Source of the DNA: Candidatus Undinarchaeales archaeon
GTDB lineage: Archaea; SpSt-1190; JASMDC01
DNA: 64,000 nucleotides
Assembly: GCA_030753015.1 (NCBI GenBank)
Contig: JASMDC010000006.1
Location: 1 to 64,000, forward strand
Direction: 5' to 3'
Part shown: positions 9,293-19,574 of the stretch, one piece after another
Layout: each line of letters begins with the position of its first letter
Position numbering within the stretch: position 1 is the stretch's first letter
Notes under the pieces: generated by a model
Told to the model about the DNA's origin: nothing
Databases searched by the model: none
What the model saw: only the letters and a program-made list of their open reading frames with translations
Made by a program: the position numbers and the translations under genes

Positions 9293-11599
9293 CTACTCCT
9301 TCTTGTCGTCCTCTTCCTCATCGACGTCCTTGTCGTCGGTCTCTTCGTCGTCGTCCTGGGCGGACTTGTCCTTCTTCGGAGGCTCGTCCTTCTCTTCCTT
9401 GGACGCGGCCTTTTCCTCCACGACCTCCCCGCCGCTCCCGCTCCGGAGAGCGAGCCCGACGAGGACCACGATGGCGGCCAGCACGATGAGGGTGGGGAGG
9501 GTGGAGGAAGACGCTCTCCCCTCGGCGAGACCGATGTGACCGATGGATTGGGGCACAGCCCTACCCTCGCCCTTGGTCGAGGTCAGAACCCTCTCCCGCA
9601 TCGCCGAGTCGGACTCGGCCTGGACGCCGCCGAACATCCCGCCGATCGAGTCCATGATCCCGCCGCCGGACGACGGGGCCTCCTGGGGCGCGACCGCGCC
9701 CCTCGGGACGGCCTTGTCCTTGCGGACGGCGTACACCGTGTCCGTCGGGGGTGATACGGGAGCGGGCGGGGGCATGGGCGTGGCGGCCGGGGCCATAGTG
9801 GGTGCAGGCACAGCGCCAGAGCCGGTACTCCCGCCCGTGAGGGCCGTGGCTTCCTCCTCCGCGAGCTCGTCATCGTCCACCGTGACCGTCTCCGTCGGCT
9901 TCTCGATCTCCAGGAACAGGGACGTGTAGGGCGTGACGAAGTGGTACTGGACGGATGTGTTGACGATGTCACCGACGATCTCTTCGTTCTCACCCCACAC
10001 TTCGATGCGTTCCAGCAGTTCCTGTATGCTCATGAACGCCCAGAACCGGGGTATGAACCCGTTCGTCCGTCCGCCCGTGAACCGCAGTGTCTCGGTGAAT
10101 GTGACGCTCCCCTTGTGGGATCGGCCGGAGACCTGGACGGTGAGCTCGTCGCCGTCGCCCACGTACCGTCCGGCGAGCACGATCTCCGAGCCTGCGAACA
10201 GCCTCTGGACGGCGGTGGGGAACACGTCGACGACGCCGTCCCCGTACTCGAACTTGAGGTCCTTTAGTATGGGGGTGTCGATCGTCTTGTAGAATTCGGC
10301 GATCTGTTCTGACACGTCCTTGCACGAGTAGATGCGCACGGCGTGCCCGTAGTTCTCCATGGATAGCGCCTTGAGGAATGGGAAGTCCAGGTTGTCGCCG
10401 AGCCCAAGGCTGAAGATCGACACATCGGCCGTGTTCACTTTCTGTATGTTCTTGCGGATGGAGAAGGTGTTAGTTGTACCTGAACTGGGCTTTCCGTCGG
10501 TGAGCATTACCACGATGGGCACGCGTGCCTCGTCGACCTTGAGCATGGCCAGCGCCCGCTCGAGGCCCTCGTTGATGTCGGTGCCGCCGTTGGCCTGGAT
10601 GGACCGGATGCGCGCGATCGCCTCGTCGCGGTTGACCTGGTCCGCCGTCCTGAGCCCGTCCCAGAGCACGCGGACATCGGAGTCGAACTCGATGACGTTG
10701 AACCTGTCGCCCTCGCGCAGCTGTCCGACGATCGAGGCGAAAGCGTCGTTCATCTGTTCGATCTTCCGGTCGCCGCCGCACGCGGACTCGTCCATGGAGC
10801 CGGACTTGTCCAGCACGAACACGATGTCCTTGTCGAGCGGCTCACCGTACTCGTCCACGATTGGCGAGAACACGTGGAAGAAGTACCGCTTCCCGTCCAC
10901 GGCGTGGTCGAGGAGGAAGCCGGCCTTGGATGTGGCGGCTGTCGAGTAGGTGACGAGCATCTTCTCTGCAGTCGAGAGGTCCTTCCTCTCAAAGTGGAGC
11001 TTCGCAGTGTCGGCACCGGGATAGGCGATGTCGATGTCGGGATGGGTGGGCACCGAGAGGCCGGCGATGTCCTTGTAGGAGGACACGGTTATGTCCACGA
11101 CGAGGTCCTTGATGTGCTGGTCACCGCCGGGATTTATCTCCAGGGGGAACTCGTACTTGTCCAGCACCCGGCTTAGGTACATCTCGTAGGTCAGGCCGAC
11201 GACTATGGTCTGGCCCGGCGAGAACGAGACCGCGTAGCTGAACACGTCCTTGCCCGCCTGTTCCATGAGCCCAGCGTCCCTGCCAGCGGACACGGCCGCG
11301 TCGAACTTCTCCCGCGCCTCGTCCTTGGGGATGACGTCGGCCACGTGGAGCACGCCGTCGACCAGAAGGGTAAGGTTGGACACGAAGGCGCCGTCGGGCA
11401 CCTTGAACATAAAAGCAGCGTCGAGCTTGTAGTCGTTCTGATTGACGAGCACCTCTTCCACATGGGTGATGGCGTAGGAGTTTACCACCGTCCCAGTGAC
11501 AGTGAGGCGTTCGACAGCGGGGCCCTGGCCGACACCGAATACGGCAGTCAGCACCAGGGCGAGCGTGAGCATCCTAAGGGCATGTTCGTTCCTTCCCAT
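9293..11599 (-). CDS. VIT plus vWA domain membrane-anchored protein (ITIH-like)
   Basis: Signal peptide, VIT domain (F.VP.GAFVSNL..), MIDAS DKSGSM...GGTDIN...LTDG, FVTPYTSL, P/A-rich linker, C-terminal TM and acidic tail. Confidence 0.88.
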   Translation of the reverse strand: MGRNEHALRMLTLALVLTAVFGVGQGPAVERLTVTGTVVNSYAITHVEEVLVNQNDYKLDAAFMFKVPDGAFVSNLTLLVDGVLHVADVIPKDEAREKFDAAVSAGRDAGLMEQAGKDVFSYAVSFSPGQTIVVGLTYEMYLSRVLDKYEFPLEINPGGDQHIKDLVVDITVSSYKDIAGLSVPTHPDIDIAYPGADTAKLHFERKDLSTAEKMLVTYSTAATSKAGFLLDHAVDGKRYFFHVFSPIVDEYGEPLDKDIVFVLDKSGSMDESACGGDRKIEQMNDAFASIVGQLREGDRFNVIEFDSDVRVLWDGLRTADQVNRDEAIARIRSIQANGGTDINEGLERALAMLKVDEARVPIVVMLTDGKPSSGTTNTFSIRKNIQKVNTADVSIFSLGLGDNLDFPFLKALSMENYGHAVRIYSCKDVSEQIAEFYKTIDTPILKDLKFEYGDGVVDVFPTAVQRLFAGSEIVLAGRYVGDGDELTVQVSGRSHKGSVTFTETLRFTGGRTNGFIPRFWAFMSIQELLERIEVWGENEEIVGDIVNTSVQYHFVTPYTSLFLEIEKPTETVTVDDDELAEEEATALTGGSTGSGAVPAPTMAPAATPMPPPAPVSPPTDTVYAVRKDKAVPRGAVAPQEAPSSGGGIMDSIGGMFGGVQAESDSAMRERVLTSTKGEGRAVPQSIGHIGLAEGRASSSTLPTLIVLAAIVVLVGLALRSGSGGEVVEEKAASKEEKDEPPKKDKSAQDDDEETDDKDVDEEEDDKKE

Positions 11600-11807
11600 A
11601 CCAACCACTAGGTGATTCAGCCTTAAAAATGGAATCGAAATCTTAGGGCGGGTACCCAACGACCCTGAGAACGACCTTGGGACCATCCTCGTGCGGTCCG
11701 CGCTCCCGCCGAGCTCCGACCATACGATATTTGGGGGGACGTGTCGTCCCTCCGGCGTGACGTACAATGGGAAGGTATATAAAGCGGCCGAGCAGCCGGA
11801 CGCCATC

Positions 11808-13316
11808 ATGTTGGAGACGGAGTTAGAAGATATAGACATGGCGGTGGTGGGGTATGTCACCCGCGACACCATCGTGAACATCGACGAGAACGGTGAGCGC
11901 CATCCTTACCACTCTGTTGGCGGTGTATCGACGTACTTCTCCATGGTCTCCGCTTCTCTCGGCCACGCTACGGGTATCGTCTCCCCCGTAGGCGACGAGT
12001 TCAGGTCCGACTACCTCTCACCCGCTGACGCGCAGCGGTACGGGTTGTCCAATGATCAGGCCGCCGAGCTGCGTACCTATGTGGAAGCGAACCAGGGCGA
12101 CGCCGCCCGCCTGGAGACGGCGCTCGCCCCGAAGCTGGTAAAAGAGTACGGACTTGTCGAGGACGACGCGTCCGAGCTCGCACACCAGGCCGCATACGGC
12201 TCCATCTTCACTCCGCTCCATAACAAGGACAGCGTGGTCCTCGAGGGCTGCGAGAGGAAGGGCGATGATAACTCCGAGATCACGGTGCTGGTCCCCGTAA
12301 AGGGCTACACGATCGGCGTTGTGGAGCATCGCCTTCCCGAGATCAAGCCCGAGGACGTGCCGGACTCGTACCTCTCCGCCCGGGGCATCCACATCGGCCC
12401 CCTCTTCGGCGAGGTCCCCCTGGAGACGGTCAAGCATCTCCATGATAACACGAACGCCGTCATCACCCTGGACGCACAGGGCTACATCCGCCATCTCACG
12501 CCCTTCAGCAAGCTCGAGCAGGACGCTGTCGAGGGTCTGAAGGACAACGGTGCCACTCCCGAGGAGCGTGCCCGTTGGATGTCAAACGACTCCGAGCTCG
12601 TAACCCTTGCTCCGTGGGAGGAGATCGGCGAGTTCGCCAAATACGTCGACGTGCTCAAGATGAACGAGTTCGAGGCGGTCACCTGCGCCGGCATCGCCGA
12701 CGAGGGTGACTCGCGCGAGTCCGTGGAGAAGGCCATGGGACTGCTCGAGGAGAAGCTCGCTCCCAAGAACAAGGACCTCGTCCTCATGGTCACCATGGGC
12801 GGCGACGGCCTACTGCTCTCCTTCGAGAAGCACGGCCGGCGTGTGCGCGAGTACGTCCGACCCGCCCCCGCGACCGTCGTCGACACCACTGGCGCTGGCG
12901 ACACCACCGCCGCGGCCTTCCTGCGCGAGTACTCGAACACCCATGACGTGCAGTGGTCGTCGAGGTTCGCTGCCTCGGCAGGATCCCTGGCCGTGGAGGT
13001 GGAGGGCCCCTTTGCTTGCCCCGAGCCCGATGCCGTGTACAACCGCATGGCCGACACATATTCCACTATCGACCCGGTCGACCTCGAGACGGACAGCTGG
13101 TTGCAGTACATGGAGCAGGTGCATAACGCCAACGAGATCGGCGATGTCGGACTCACCGACGACTTCTCGCCCGAAGCGGCCGCTAAACACCTGGAGCGCA
13201 CCACGTCCTATCTGGAGAGCCTGGACGACGTCAACTGGAACGAAGAGGTCCGCGGTGAGTACCGCGAGGCGCTCGAGCGTTTCCGGGACCGGTTGGATGA
13301 AAGAGCGAACAGCTGA
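11808..13316 (+). CDS. PfkB/ribokinase-family carbohydrate kinase with insertions
   Basis: VGYVTRD..GG, LDAQGYIR, KMNEFEA, VTMGGDG and the VDTTGAGD signature. Confidence 0.8.
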   Translation: MLETELEDIDMAVVGYVTRDTIVNIDENGERHPYHSVGGVSTYFSMVSASLGHATGIVSPVGDEFRSDYLSPADAQRYGLSNDQAAELRTYVEANQGDAARLETALAPKLVKEYGLVEDDASELAHQAAYGSIFTPLHNKDSVVLEGCERKGDDNSEITVLVPVKGYTIGVVEHRLPEIKPEDVPDSYLSARGIHIGPLFGEVPLETVKHLHDNTNAVITLDAQGYIRHLTPFSKLEQDAVEGLKDNGATPEERARWMSNDSELVTLAPWEEIGEFAKYVDVLKMNEFEAVTCAGIADEGDSRESVEKAMGLLEEKLAPKNKDLVLMVTMGGDGLLLSFEKHGRRVREYVRPAPATVVDTTGAGDTTAAAFLREYSNTHDVQWSSRFAASAGSLAVEVEGPFACPEPDAVYNRMADTYSTIDPVDLETDSWLQYMEQVHNANEIGDVGLTDDFSPEAAAKHLERTTSYLESLDDVNWNEEVRGEYREALERFRDRLDERANS

Positions 13317-13352
13317 ACGTCCGACCGGAGCGCGCTGGAAGTCCCCTGCACA

Positions 13353-14408
13353 TCAGTCGGTCTTACGCTCGACACCCTCTCTCTTGAGGTCCCCGCGCAT
13401 CATGAGCTTCACTAGTTCCTCGAACCCGACCTTCGGCTGCCAGCCAAGGAGTTCCTTTGCCTTCGATGCATCGCCCAGGAGGTAGTCCACCTCAGCGGGC
13501 CGGAAGTACTTAGGGTCCACCTCGACGAGGACCTTCCCGGTCGCCGCGTCGACGCCCTTCTCGTCGACACCGCTCCCCTTCCACTCGATATCGATGCCCA
13601 CTTCCTTGAAGGCGAACTCGATGAACTCGCGCACGGAGTGGGCCTCGCCCGTGGCGATGACGAAATCGTCCGGCCCGTCCTGCTGGAGCATCAGCCACAT
13701 GGCCTCCACGAAATCGGGAGCATATCCCCAGTCCCTCTTGGCGTCGAGGTTCCCCAGGTGCAGCCGTTCCTGCTTGCCTGCGAGTATCTTTGCGATGCTC
13801 AGGGTGATCTTGCGGGTGACGAAGTTCTCTCCTCGCCGTGGAGACTCATGGTTGAAGAGGATCCCGTCACAGATGAACATATCGTATGCCTCGCGGTAGT
13901 TCTTAGCGATCCAGTGGGCGTAGAGCTTGGCCACGCCGTACGGGCTTCTCGGGTGGAAGGGGGTATCCTCGTTCTGGGGGAACACCTTGGCCTTGCCGAA
14001 GAGCTCGCTGGTGGATGCATGGTATATCCTCGTGTGCTTGTCCAGCCCCAGGAAACGGACCGCTTCAAGGAGACGGAGTGTACCGAGCCCGTCCACATTG
14101 GCGGTGTACTCTGGCACCTGGAAGGATATCTTCACGTGTGATTGTGCTGCAAGGTGGTAGATCTCGTGCGGTCGGATCTCGTTGACGAGCCTGATGAGGT
14201 TGGACGAATCGGTCATGTCGCCATAATGGAGGATGAAGTGCCGACGGGCCGGGTTCTCGAAGGAGTAGAGCTGCTCGATCCTTTCGCGGTTGAAAGTGCT
14301 CGCTCTCCGAATGACGCCATGGACCGTGTACCCCTTCTTCAGGAGGAGCTCTGCCAGGTACGAGCCGTCCTGACCGTTGATGCCGGTGATGAGAGCGACC
14401 TTGTCCAT
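13353..14408 (-). CDS. gmd: GDP-mannose 4,6-dehydratase
   Basis: [62 protein letters not shown]. Confidence 0.96.
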   Translation of the reverse strand: MDKVALITGINGQDGSYLAELLLKKGYTVHGVIRRASTFNRERIEQLYSFENPARRHFILHYGDMTDSSNLIRLVNEIRPHEIYHLAAQSHVKISFQVPEYTANVDGLGTLRLLEAVRFLGLDKHTRIYHASTSELFGKAKVFPQNEDTPFHPRSPYGVAKLYAHWIAKNYREAYDMFICDGILFNHESPRRGENFVTRKITLSIAKILAGKQERLHLGNLDAKRDWGYAPDFVEAMWLMLQQDGPDDFVIATGEAHSVREFIEFAFKEVGIDIEWKGSGVDEKGVDAATGKVLVEVDPKYFRPAEVDYLLGDASKAKELLGWQPKVGFEELVKLMMRGDLKREGVERKTD

Positions 14409-14452
14409 GGGTCGGAGGTATGGGCTTTGTCTTTTTATACCCTACAGGTGGC

Positions 14453-15373
14453 CTATCCTTGCGACTCCTGACGCTCGGCTATGAACGCCTCGAGCTCGGC
14501 CCGCGCCCTGCGCACCAATGCGTCCTCTGGGTCCAGCCCGTACTCCCTGTGGAAGTACGCGGTGATGATATCGATGTCCCGGTCCAGGAGGAGGGATGCC
14601 TGCATGTACTCAACGGGCACGGCCTGGGGCCAGTCGATGTACACCGGGTAGCCCTCCTCGTGGACGAGGATGTTGAACTCCGAGAGGTCGCCGTGGACGA
14701 TGCCCGTTCTCGTCACCGCTTCCCGGTAGTCGTCCAGGATGACCTGGCGTGTGGATTTCGGGTCGGTGAGCGATACCCGGTGGAGGGGCGGGGCGGGCAG
14801 ACCCTCTCCTGCGGTCACCATCTCGGCGGCGACGACGTGGCGGTTCAGCCCGCGGGGGCGGGGGACCGAGACGCCCGCGTCCCAGCACCGTTCGAGAGCG
14901 GTCATCTCCACCTGTGCCTTTGCCCTCGGGACGTCAATCTCGCAGTGCCGCAGGTCAAGCTGTTGCCGGCGCCACTCGATGGCGGCGTAGGCAAGGGAGG
15001 AGCGGATGTCCTCGAACTCCAGCTGGTAGTACCGGTGGAGCTTGACCGCCACCCATGACCCGTCCGGGGCGGTGGCATTGAGCACGATCGCTTCCTTGCC
15101 CTTGCCCACGAGATCGCCCACCGTATCGATGGCGCCATGGTTCTTCAGCTCCCACAGGGCCAGGGTGTCCAGTCCGCGCCCGGTGATGCGCAGCACGGGC
15201 TCGTCCCTGTTCCGTGCCTGGATGAGCGCCATCCGATCCAGATCCCCCAGTGACCGGGTCACCTTCATCGTCGACCAGGGGAGCTTGCGGAGCACACGCT
15301 CTCGGGGCACCCACTCGAACCGGCCGCGCATCCCGTCGAGGAACCTGAGGACGGCGATGTCCTTGGTGTCCAC
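14453..15373 (-). CDS. rio2: Rio2-family atypical serine kinase
   Basis: N-terminal wHTH (FEWVP, ITGRGLDTLAL), VGKGKEA, VKLHR, HGDLSEFNIL, IDWPQ; GTG start 15373 inferred. Confidence 0.88.
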   Translation of the reverse strand: MDTKDIAVLRFLDGMRGRFEWVPRERVLRKLPWSTMKVTRSLGDLDRMALIQARNRDEPVLRITGRGLDTLALWELKNHGAIDTVGDLVGKGKEAIVLNATAPDGSWVAVKLHRYYQLEFEDIRSSLAYAAIEWRRQQLDLRHCEIDVPRAKAQVEMTALERCWDAGVSVPRPRGLNRHVVAAEMVTAGEGLPAPPLHRVSLTDPKSTRQVILDDYREAVTRTGIVHGDLSEFNILVHEEGYPVYIDWPQAVPVEYMQASLLLDRDIDIITAYFHREYGLDPEDALVRRARAELEAFIAERQESQG

Positions 15374-15431
15374 GGTCCTGTGGAATCGGGCCACGGGCCG
15401 ATGGGGCCGGGTCAGAGATTTAACTCTGCTG

Positions 15432-15623
15432 CTAGCCGCTTGCCAGTCCCCAGCCACCGACGCCCATGAGCACGATGCCAACGGTCGTCATGAGGGTGAC
15501 GAAGCACGCCTCGCCGAAACCCGGATCGGGGAGGGTGGAGACCACCATGGCGGTGAGCACCATTACACCAGCGCCAACGGTGGTCCGGAAGAACGCCATA
15601 TCGGTGTCGCCGGCCACGCCCAT
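15432..15623 (-). CDS. Small two-TM hypothetical protein
   Basis: 63 aa with two hydrophobic stretches; TGATG-type overlap with the upstream gene. Confidence 0.45.
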   Translation of the reverse strand: MGVAGDTDMAFFRTTVGAGVMVLTAMVVSTLPDPGFGEACFVTLMTTVGIVLMGVGGWGLASG

Positions 15624-16177
15624 CAGCCCGCGAAGATGACGTTGTACCGCTCGGCAGAGTACTCATCGAAGGATGTCGAGTTGAAGGCGAGGGTGATGCG
15701 CTTATTGGACCAGACGCCGGTGTGGTTGCCGCAGCGCGAGGTGCGCACGACCTCGGTATCGGTGACGTTGCAGCATAGGGGATACTCGTTGCCCTCTGCC
15801 TCCACCGGCTCGTCCGGAAAGTAGACATAGAGCTCGTACGGCAGGATGATTCGCTGCTTGGCGCTGTTCCCACTGATGAGTGTGATGCTCATGCGGGAGA
15901 GGTCGCGGATGGATATCGGGTCCGCACCCCTGTTGCTGATGGTGAGACAGAGGTCGTCCTCACTGCCACAAAGATTATCTTCACAGGAGAAGGGGTTGAC
16001 GATGTCGAAAGCGTACTTGAGGGGCGGAGGGGGAGGCGTGGTGGACGGAGGCACAGAGATGTAATGCCACAGCAGGCCCGCCATCATGATAGTGATCAGG
16101 ACCATGATGACGAGGATGACGGGCATGGACTGGCCGCGCGTTCTCTCGCCTTGGGGCCGACACAGTCCCATAATCAT
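15623..16177 (-). CDS. Class III signal-peptide (type IV pilin/archaellin-like) protein
   Basis: RTRG^QSMPVILVIMVLITIMMAGLLW; Cys-containing Ig-like body (LTISNRGADPI). Confidence 0.7.
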   Translation of the reverse strand: MIMGLCRPQGERTRGQSMPVILVIMVLITIMMAGLLWHYISVPPSTTPPPPPLKYAFDIVNPFSCEDNLCGSEDDLCLTISNRGADPISIRDLSRMSITLISGNSAKQRIILPYELYVYFPDEPVEAEGNEYPLCCNVTDTEVVRTSRCGNHTGVWSNKRITLAFNSTSFDEYSAERYNVIFAG

Positions 16178-16385
16178 GTATTCTCCTCGTGATAGTATAT
16201 AATACTGCCGCAGCCGGGCCACAGGCACCTCTTGGCATTAGAATTGGGGTAACACGGCTCGGTCGCGTGCTCGATCGGACCGGATCGAAGGCGAGGAGGA
16301 ACCTATTGGAATGCCTTGCCTGCCCAGCAATAGGCATGTTCATAGCAAACAATTTTTATAAATCTTTACGGGTCGATATCTCAGT

Positions 16386-16994
16386 ATGCCAATCGGAAGT
16401 GCTAAGAGAGGTCAAGCCGGGCCCATTCTACTTGTGCTCGTGCTCGTTATCGGCCTTATGGTGGTGGCCTTCGTGGGTAAGTACATCAAGGACACTGCCT
16501 CTGAGGCTATGACCAAGGGTAAGAAGGAAACGACAGCCATGGACAAGGAGCTGAGCACTCAGCTTGAGGTCACGGCTATCTATCCGACCGTTGACAACCT
16601 GAAGAACGGTTTCTGCGGCGATCCGAACTTGTGTGAGTTGTCGACCACGAACGTGAACGGCGCCAAGCTCATCCTCGAGGTGAAGAACGGGGGCAAGAAC
16701 CCCATTCGTGCCAACCAGCTGTGGGACATGAAGCTCTACGCGAACGACGTGCCCCTCGCTAACTCGACCGAGTGGGGCATCAGCGAGAATTTCGACAAGG
16801 CCTGGGCGGCCGGCGGCACCAAGAACTTCGTGCTGAAAAAGGGCTGCGGCGACCTCGCCAACCTCCCTGGTGGCTCGCTCAACCTCAAGGTTACGCCCCC
16901 TGTGGGCAGCGGTGCTACCGTCGAGATCACCTGCGAGAAGTGCTGCAACATGCAGCCTGATAAGCAGGAAGACTGCGCAGCTAAATGCAGTTAA
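16386..16994 (+). CDS. Type IV pilin-like protein, paralog A
   Basis: KRG^QAGPILLVLVLVIG; LEVKNGGKNPI; C-terminal CxxCC...C...C; TTTTTATAAA at 16353. Confidence 0.78.
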   Translation: MPIGSAKRGQAGPILLVLVLVIGLMVVAFVGKYIKDTASEAMTKGKKETTAMDKELSTQLEVTAIYPTVDNLKNGFCGDPNLCELSTTNVNGAKLILEVKNGGKNPIRANQLWDMKLYANDVPLANSTEWGISENFDKAWAAGGTKNFVLKKGCGDLANLPGGSLNLKVTPPVGSGATVEITCEKCCNMQPDKQEDCAAKCS

Positions 16995-17015
16995 GAATCT
17001 CGTAGGACAACAGGT

Positions 17016-17056
17016 AAAGGGCCCCTTTACTGGGGCCCTTTTTTCCTTTTTTTTTT
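17016..17056 (+). terminator. Hairpin plus oligo-T terminator
   Basis: AAAGGGCCCC-TTTACT-GGGGCCCTTT followed by T runs. Confidence 0.75.
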
Positions 17057-17131
17057 AAATGAGGATAAGATGATATCTGATATTTCCTCGCCGGGGAGGG
17101 TAGGTTTAAATTTATGGCCTGTGAAAGTGGT

Positions 17132-17761
17132 ATGGGAATGGAATGCGTTTGGTGGCAAAAAAGGACGCGAGGTCAGAGCGTGGGAGCACCCATCCTTCTT
17201 GTGCTCGTGCTCGTAATAGGCCTCATGGTGGTGGCGTTCGTGGGGAAGTACGCCAAGGACACCACCTCTGATGCTATGACAAAGGGTAAGAAGGAATCCG
17301 CGAACCTGGACAAGGAACTGGGCACACATCTCACGATCACGGCCATCTTCCCTACTGTAGACAACCTGAAGAACGGCTTCTGCGGCGATCCCAACCTATG
17401 CGAGCTGACCTCCACCAACGTGAACGGGGCCAAGCTCGTGCTCGAGGTCAAGAACTCCGGCAAGAAACCGCTGCGCGCCAATCAGCTCTGGGATATGAAG
17501 GTCTACGCCAACGACGTTCCCCTCACCAACCAGACCGAGTGGGGTGTGACCCAGGGGCATGACTCTGTCTGGCAGCCTTCCACTACCAAGAACATCGTGA
17601 TCGACAGGTCCTGCTCCAACCTCATCGGGCTCCCCGAGGACGCGCTCACCATCGTCGTGAGACCTCAGGCGGGGACCTCCGGCATCATTGAACTCACCTG
17701 TGAGCAGTGCTGCGCCATGCAGCCCTCCCGCCAGCTCGATTGCGCTGAAAAGTGCGCGTGA
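17132..17761 (+). CDS. Type IV pilin-like protein, paralog B
   Basis: RTRG^QSVGAPILL; near-identical to paralog A over the N-terminal two-thirds (PTVDNLKNGFCGDPNLCEL); start uncertain (17114, 17132 or 17138). Confidence 0.78.
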   Translation: MGMECVWWQKRTRGQSVGAPILLVLVLVIGLMVVAFVGKYAKDTTSDAMTKGKKESANLDKELGTHLTITAIFPTVDNLKNGFCGDPNLCELTSTNVNGAKLVLEVKNSGKKPLRANQLWDMKVYANDVPLTNQTEWGVTQGHDSVWQPSTTKNIVIDRSCSNLIGLPEDALTIVVRPQAGTSGIIELTCEQCCAMQPSRQLDCAEKCA

Positions 17762-17836
17762 GCCCGCCGTACGGCGGCATCAGCACGAGACGAACCTTTT
17801 TAAACCAGCACGGAGCAAACTTGTATAGGGGATACC

Positions 17837-18430
17837 ATGGCACTACCACGGCCCTGTGGGCTGGGACGACGCGGCCAGAGCCAGCCGATCATCATGGTCC
17901 TTCTCCTCGTCGTCGGCCTGATGGTCGCCGGCAGCGTCGGAGTGTACCTCAACCGCATGGCCTCAGACGACCTGAACGATGTGGAGAAGAGCAAGGACCA
18001 GTTCAAGGAGGCTCTTAACACCAAGATCGAGGTGATCGCGGCCTATGGTACAAAGGACACTACAGGACCGCGCGCCAACGTGTACTGTTCCGGGGGCTGT
18101 GAACCGGCAAAGGCCACCATGCGCGTAGTGCTGCTGATCAAGAACACCGGCGAGAACGCCATCTATCGCTCTCAATACGAGAACCTCAAGATCTACATGA
18201 ACAATAAGCCCCTGTCCAACGGTACCGAATACCGCCTGGACGAGAGCAAGGACCTCACACGTGGCGCCCAGATGAACGTCCCCCTCAATATCACCTGCTC
18301 ACAGATAGGTAATACGCTCGAGCACCGTGCGGAGTTCAAGGTGGGTCCGCCGAAAGGGACCCCTGGTGTCGGTATCGTTGACTGTACGGCATGCTGTGGT
18401 GAAGAGGAGCGGTGCCTCACCGCGTGCTGA
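17837..18430 (+). CDS. Type IV pilin-like protein, paralog C
   Basis: RRG^QSQPIIMVLLLVVG; LLIKNTGEN; CTACC...C...C tail. Confidence 0.75.
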   Translation: MALPRPCGLGRRGQSQPIIMVLLLVVGLMVAGSVGVYLNRMASDDLNDVEKSKDQFKEALNTKIEVIAAYGTKDTTGPRANVYCSGGCEPAKATMRVVLLIKNTGENAIYRSQYENLKIYMNNKPLSNGTEYRLDESKDLTRGAQMNVPLNITCSQIGNTLEHRAEFKVGPPKGTPGVGIVDCTACCGEEERCLTAC

Positions 18431-18435
18431 GGGCA

Positions 18436-19551
18436 ATGACACCGGACCTGTCCTCCATCGCCGCTCGTATCATCGGGACCTGCCTGGGCGTCGATGATGG
18501 CGATGCCGTCCTCATCCGATCGGGCCTGTACGCGCGCCCCCTGGCCGAAGCGCTCGGGCTCGCCTGCACTGGCCGCGGTGCACACCCGATGTTAAGCATG
18601 AGCTCCGATGAATACCGTGTTGAGAGCATCACCGCATCGCAGGATGCCGCTCTTGAGCGGACGCCACCACACCTACTGGCCGCAGTGGAAGCGTCGGACG
18701 TCGTCATCAACGTAGGCCATTACGAACTACTGCTCCGGGACCCGTCCCTCCTCGAGGGGATATCAGAGGTCCGTCTCTCGGCCTTGCGTCGGGCAGGTAT
18801 TCCGATCCGCGACGCATTGTTCGCTGGGGGCAAGCGCTCGGCACTGGTCGGCTATCCCTCTCCCCACCAGGCGAAGGTGTTCGGTATGACGCAGGAGGCG
18901 TACGAGGACCACTTCTGGGCCGCCCTAGACCTGGACTACGATGCCCTTGGCCGCTCCTGCCGCGTGCTACGAGATGCTCTTGATGGCACCTCCGAAGTGC
19001 ACATCACCAATCCCGACGGTACAGACATCCGTGTCAACATCACCGGCCGCCCTCTTCTCATGGATGATGGCGTCATCGACGACGAGGACCGGGAACGGGG
19101 CCTGAATATGCTCAACCTCCCCGCGGGCGAGGTATGCGTCGCGCCGGTCCTCAAGGGCACCGACGGTACTGCCGTGTTCTCACGCGTGCTCTACAAGGGC
19201 GCCGAAGTGCGTGACCTAGCGCTCACCTTTGCCGATGGCGTGCTGGTGGAGTGGCATGCGTCGGCAGGCGAAGATCTCTTTCGCGGTATGCTCGAGGGGG
19301 CGACGGGCCATCGGGACCGGCTGGGCGAACTGGGCATAGGCACGAATCCCGCGCTCACCCGGGCCATCGGCTCGCTCCACCTCGACGAGAAGGTGCGGGG
19401 GACCATCCATCTTGCTCTGGGCGAGAACCGCATGATGGGCGGGGAGAACGAGTCCTCGCTCCACTGGGACCTCATCATGGAGCACCCGACGCTGGAGGCT
19501 GACGGCCGGACCCTTATCCGCGAGGGTGTCCATCGGACGCCATCAATATAA
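18436..19551 (+). CDS. Aminopeptidase, M29 (thermophilic metalloprotease) family
   Basis: NLPAGEV, LGELGIGTN, DEKVRGTIHLALG, S.LHWDL. Confidence 0.9.
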   Translation: MTPDLSSIAARIIGTCLGVDDGDAVLIRSGLYARPLAEALGLACTGRGAHPMLSMSSDEYRVESITASQDAALERTPPHLLAAVEASDVVINVGHYELLLRDPSLLEGISEVRLSALRRAGIPIRDALFAGGKRSALVGYPSPHQAKVFGMTQEAYEDHFWAALDLDYDALGRSCRVLRDALDGTSEVHITNPDGTDIRVNITGRPLLMDDGVIDDEDRERGLNMLNLPAGEVCVAPVLKGTDGTAVFSRVLYKGAEVRDLALTFADGVLVEWHASAGEDLFRGMLEGATGHRDRLGELGIGTNPALTRAIGSLHLDEKVRGTIHLALGENRMMGGENESSLHWDLIMEHPTLEADGRTLIREGVHRTPSI

Positions 19552-19574
19552 CTGATAAGCTCCATGTACTTACT

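Noticed and set aside
15623-18430. Archaellum operon
   Set aside because: No arlH/I/J or other accessory genes are present, and the N-termini lack the conserved archaellin GIGTLIVFIAMVLVAAVAA pattern.
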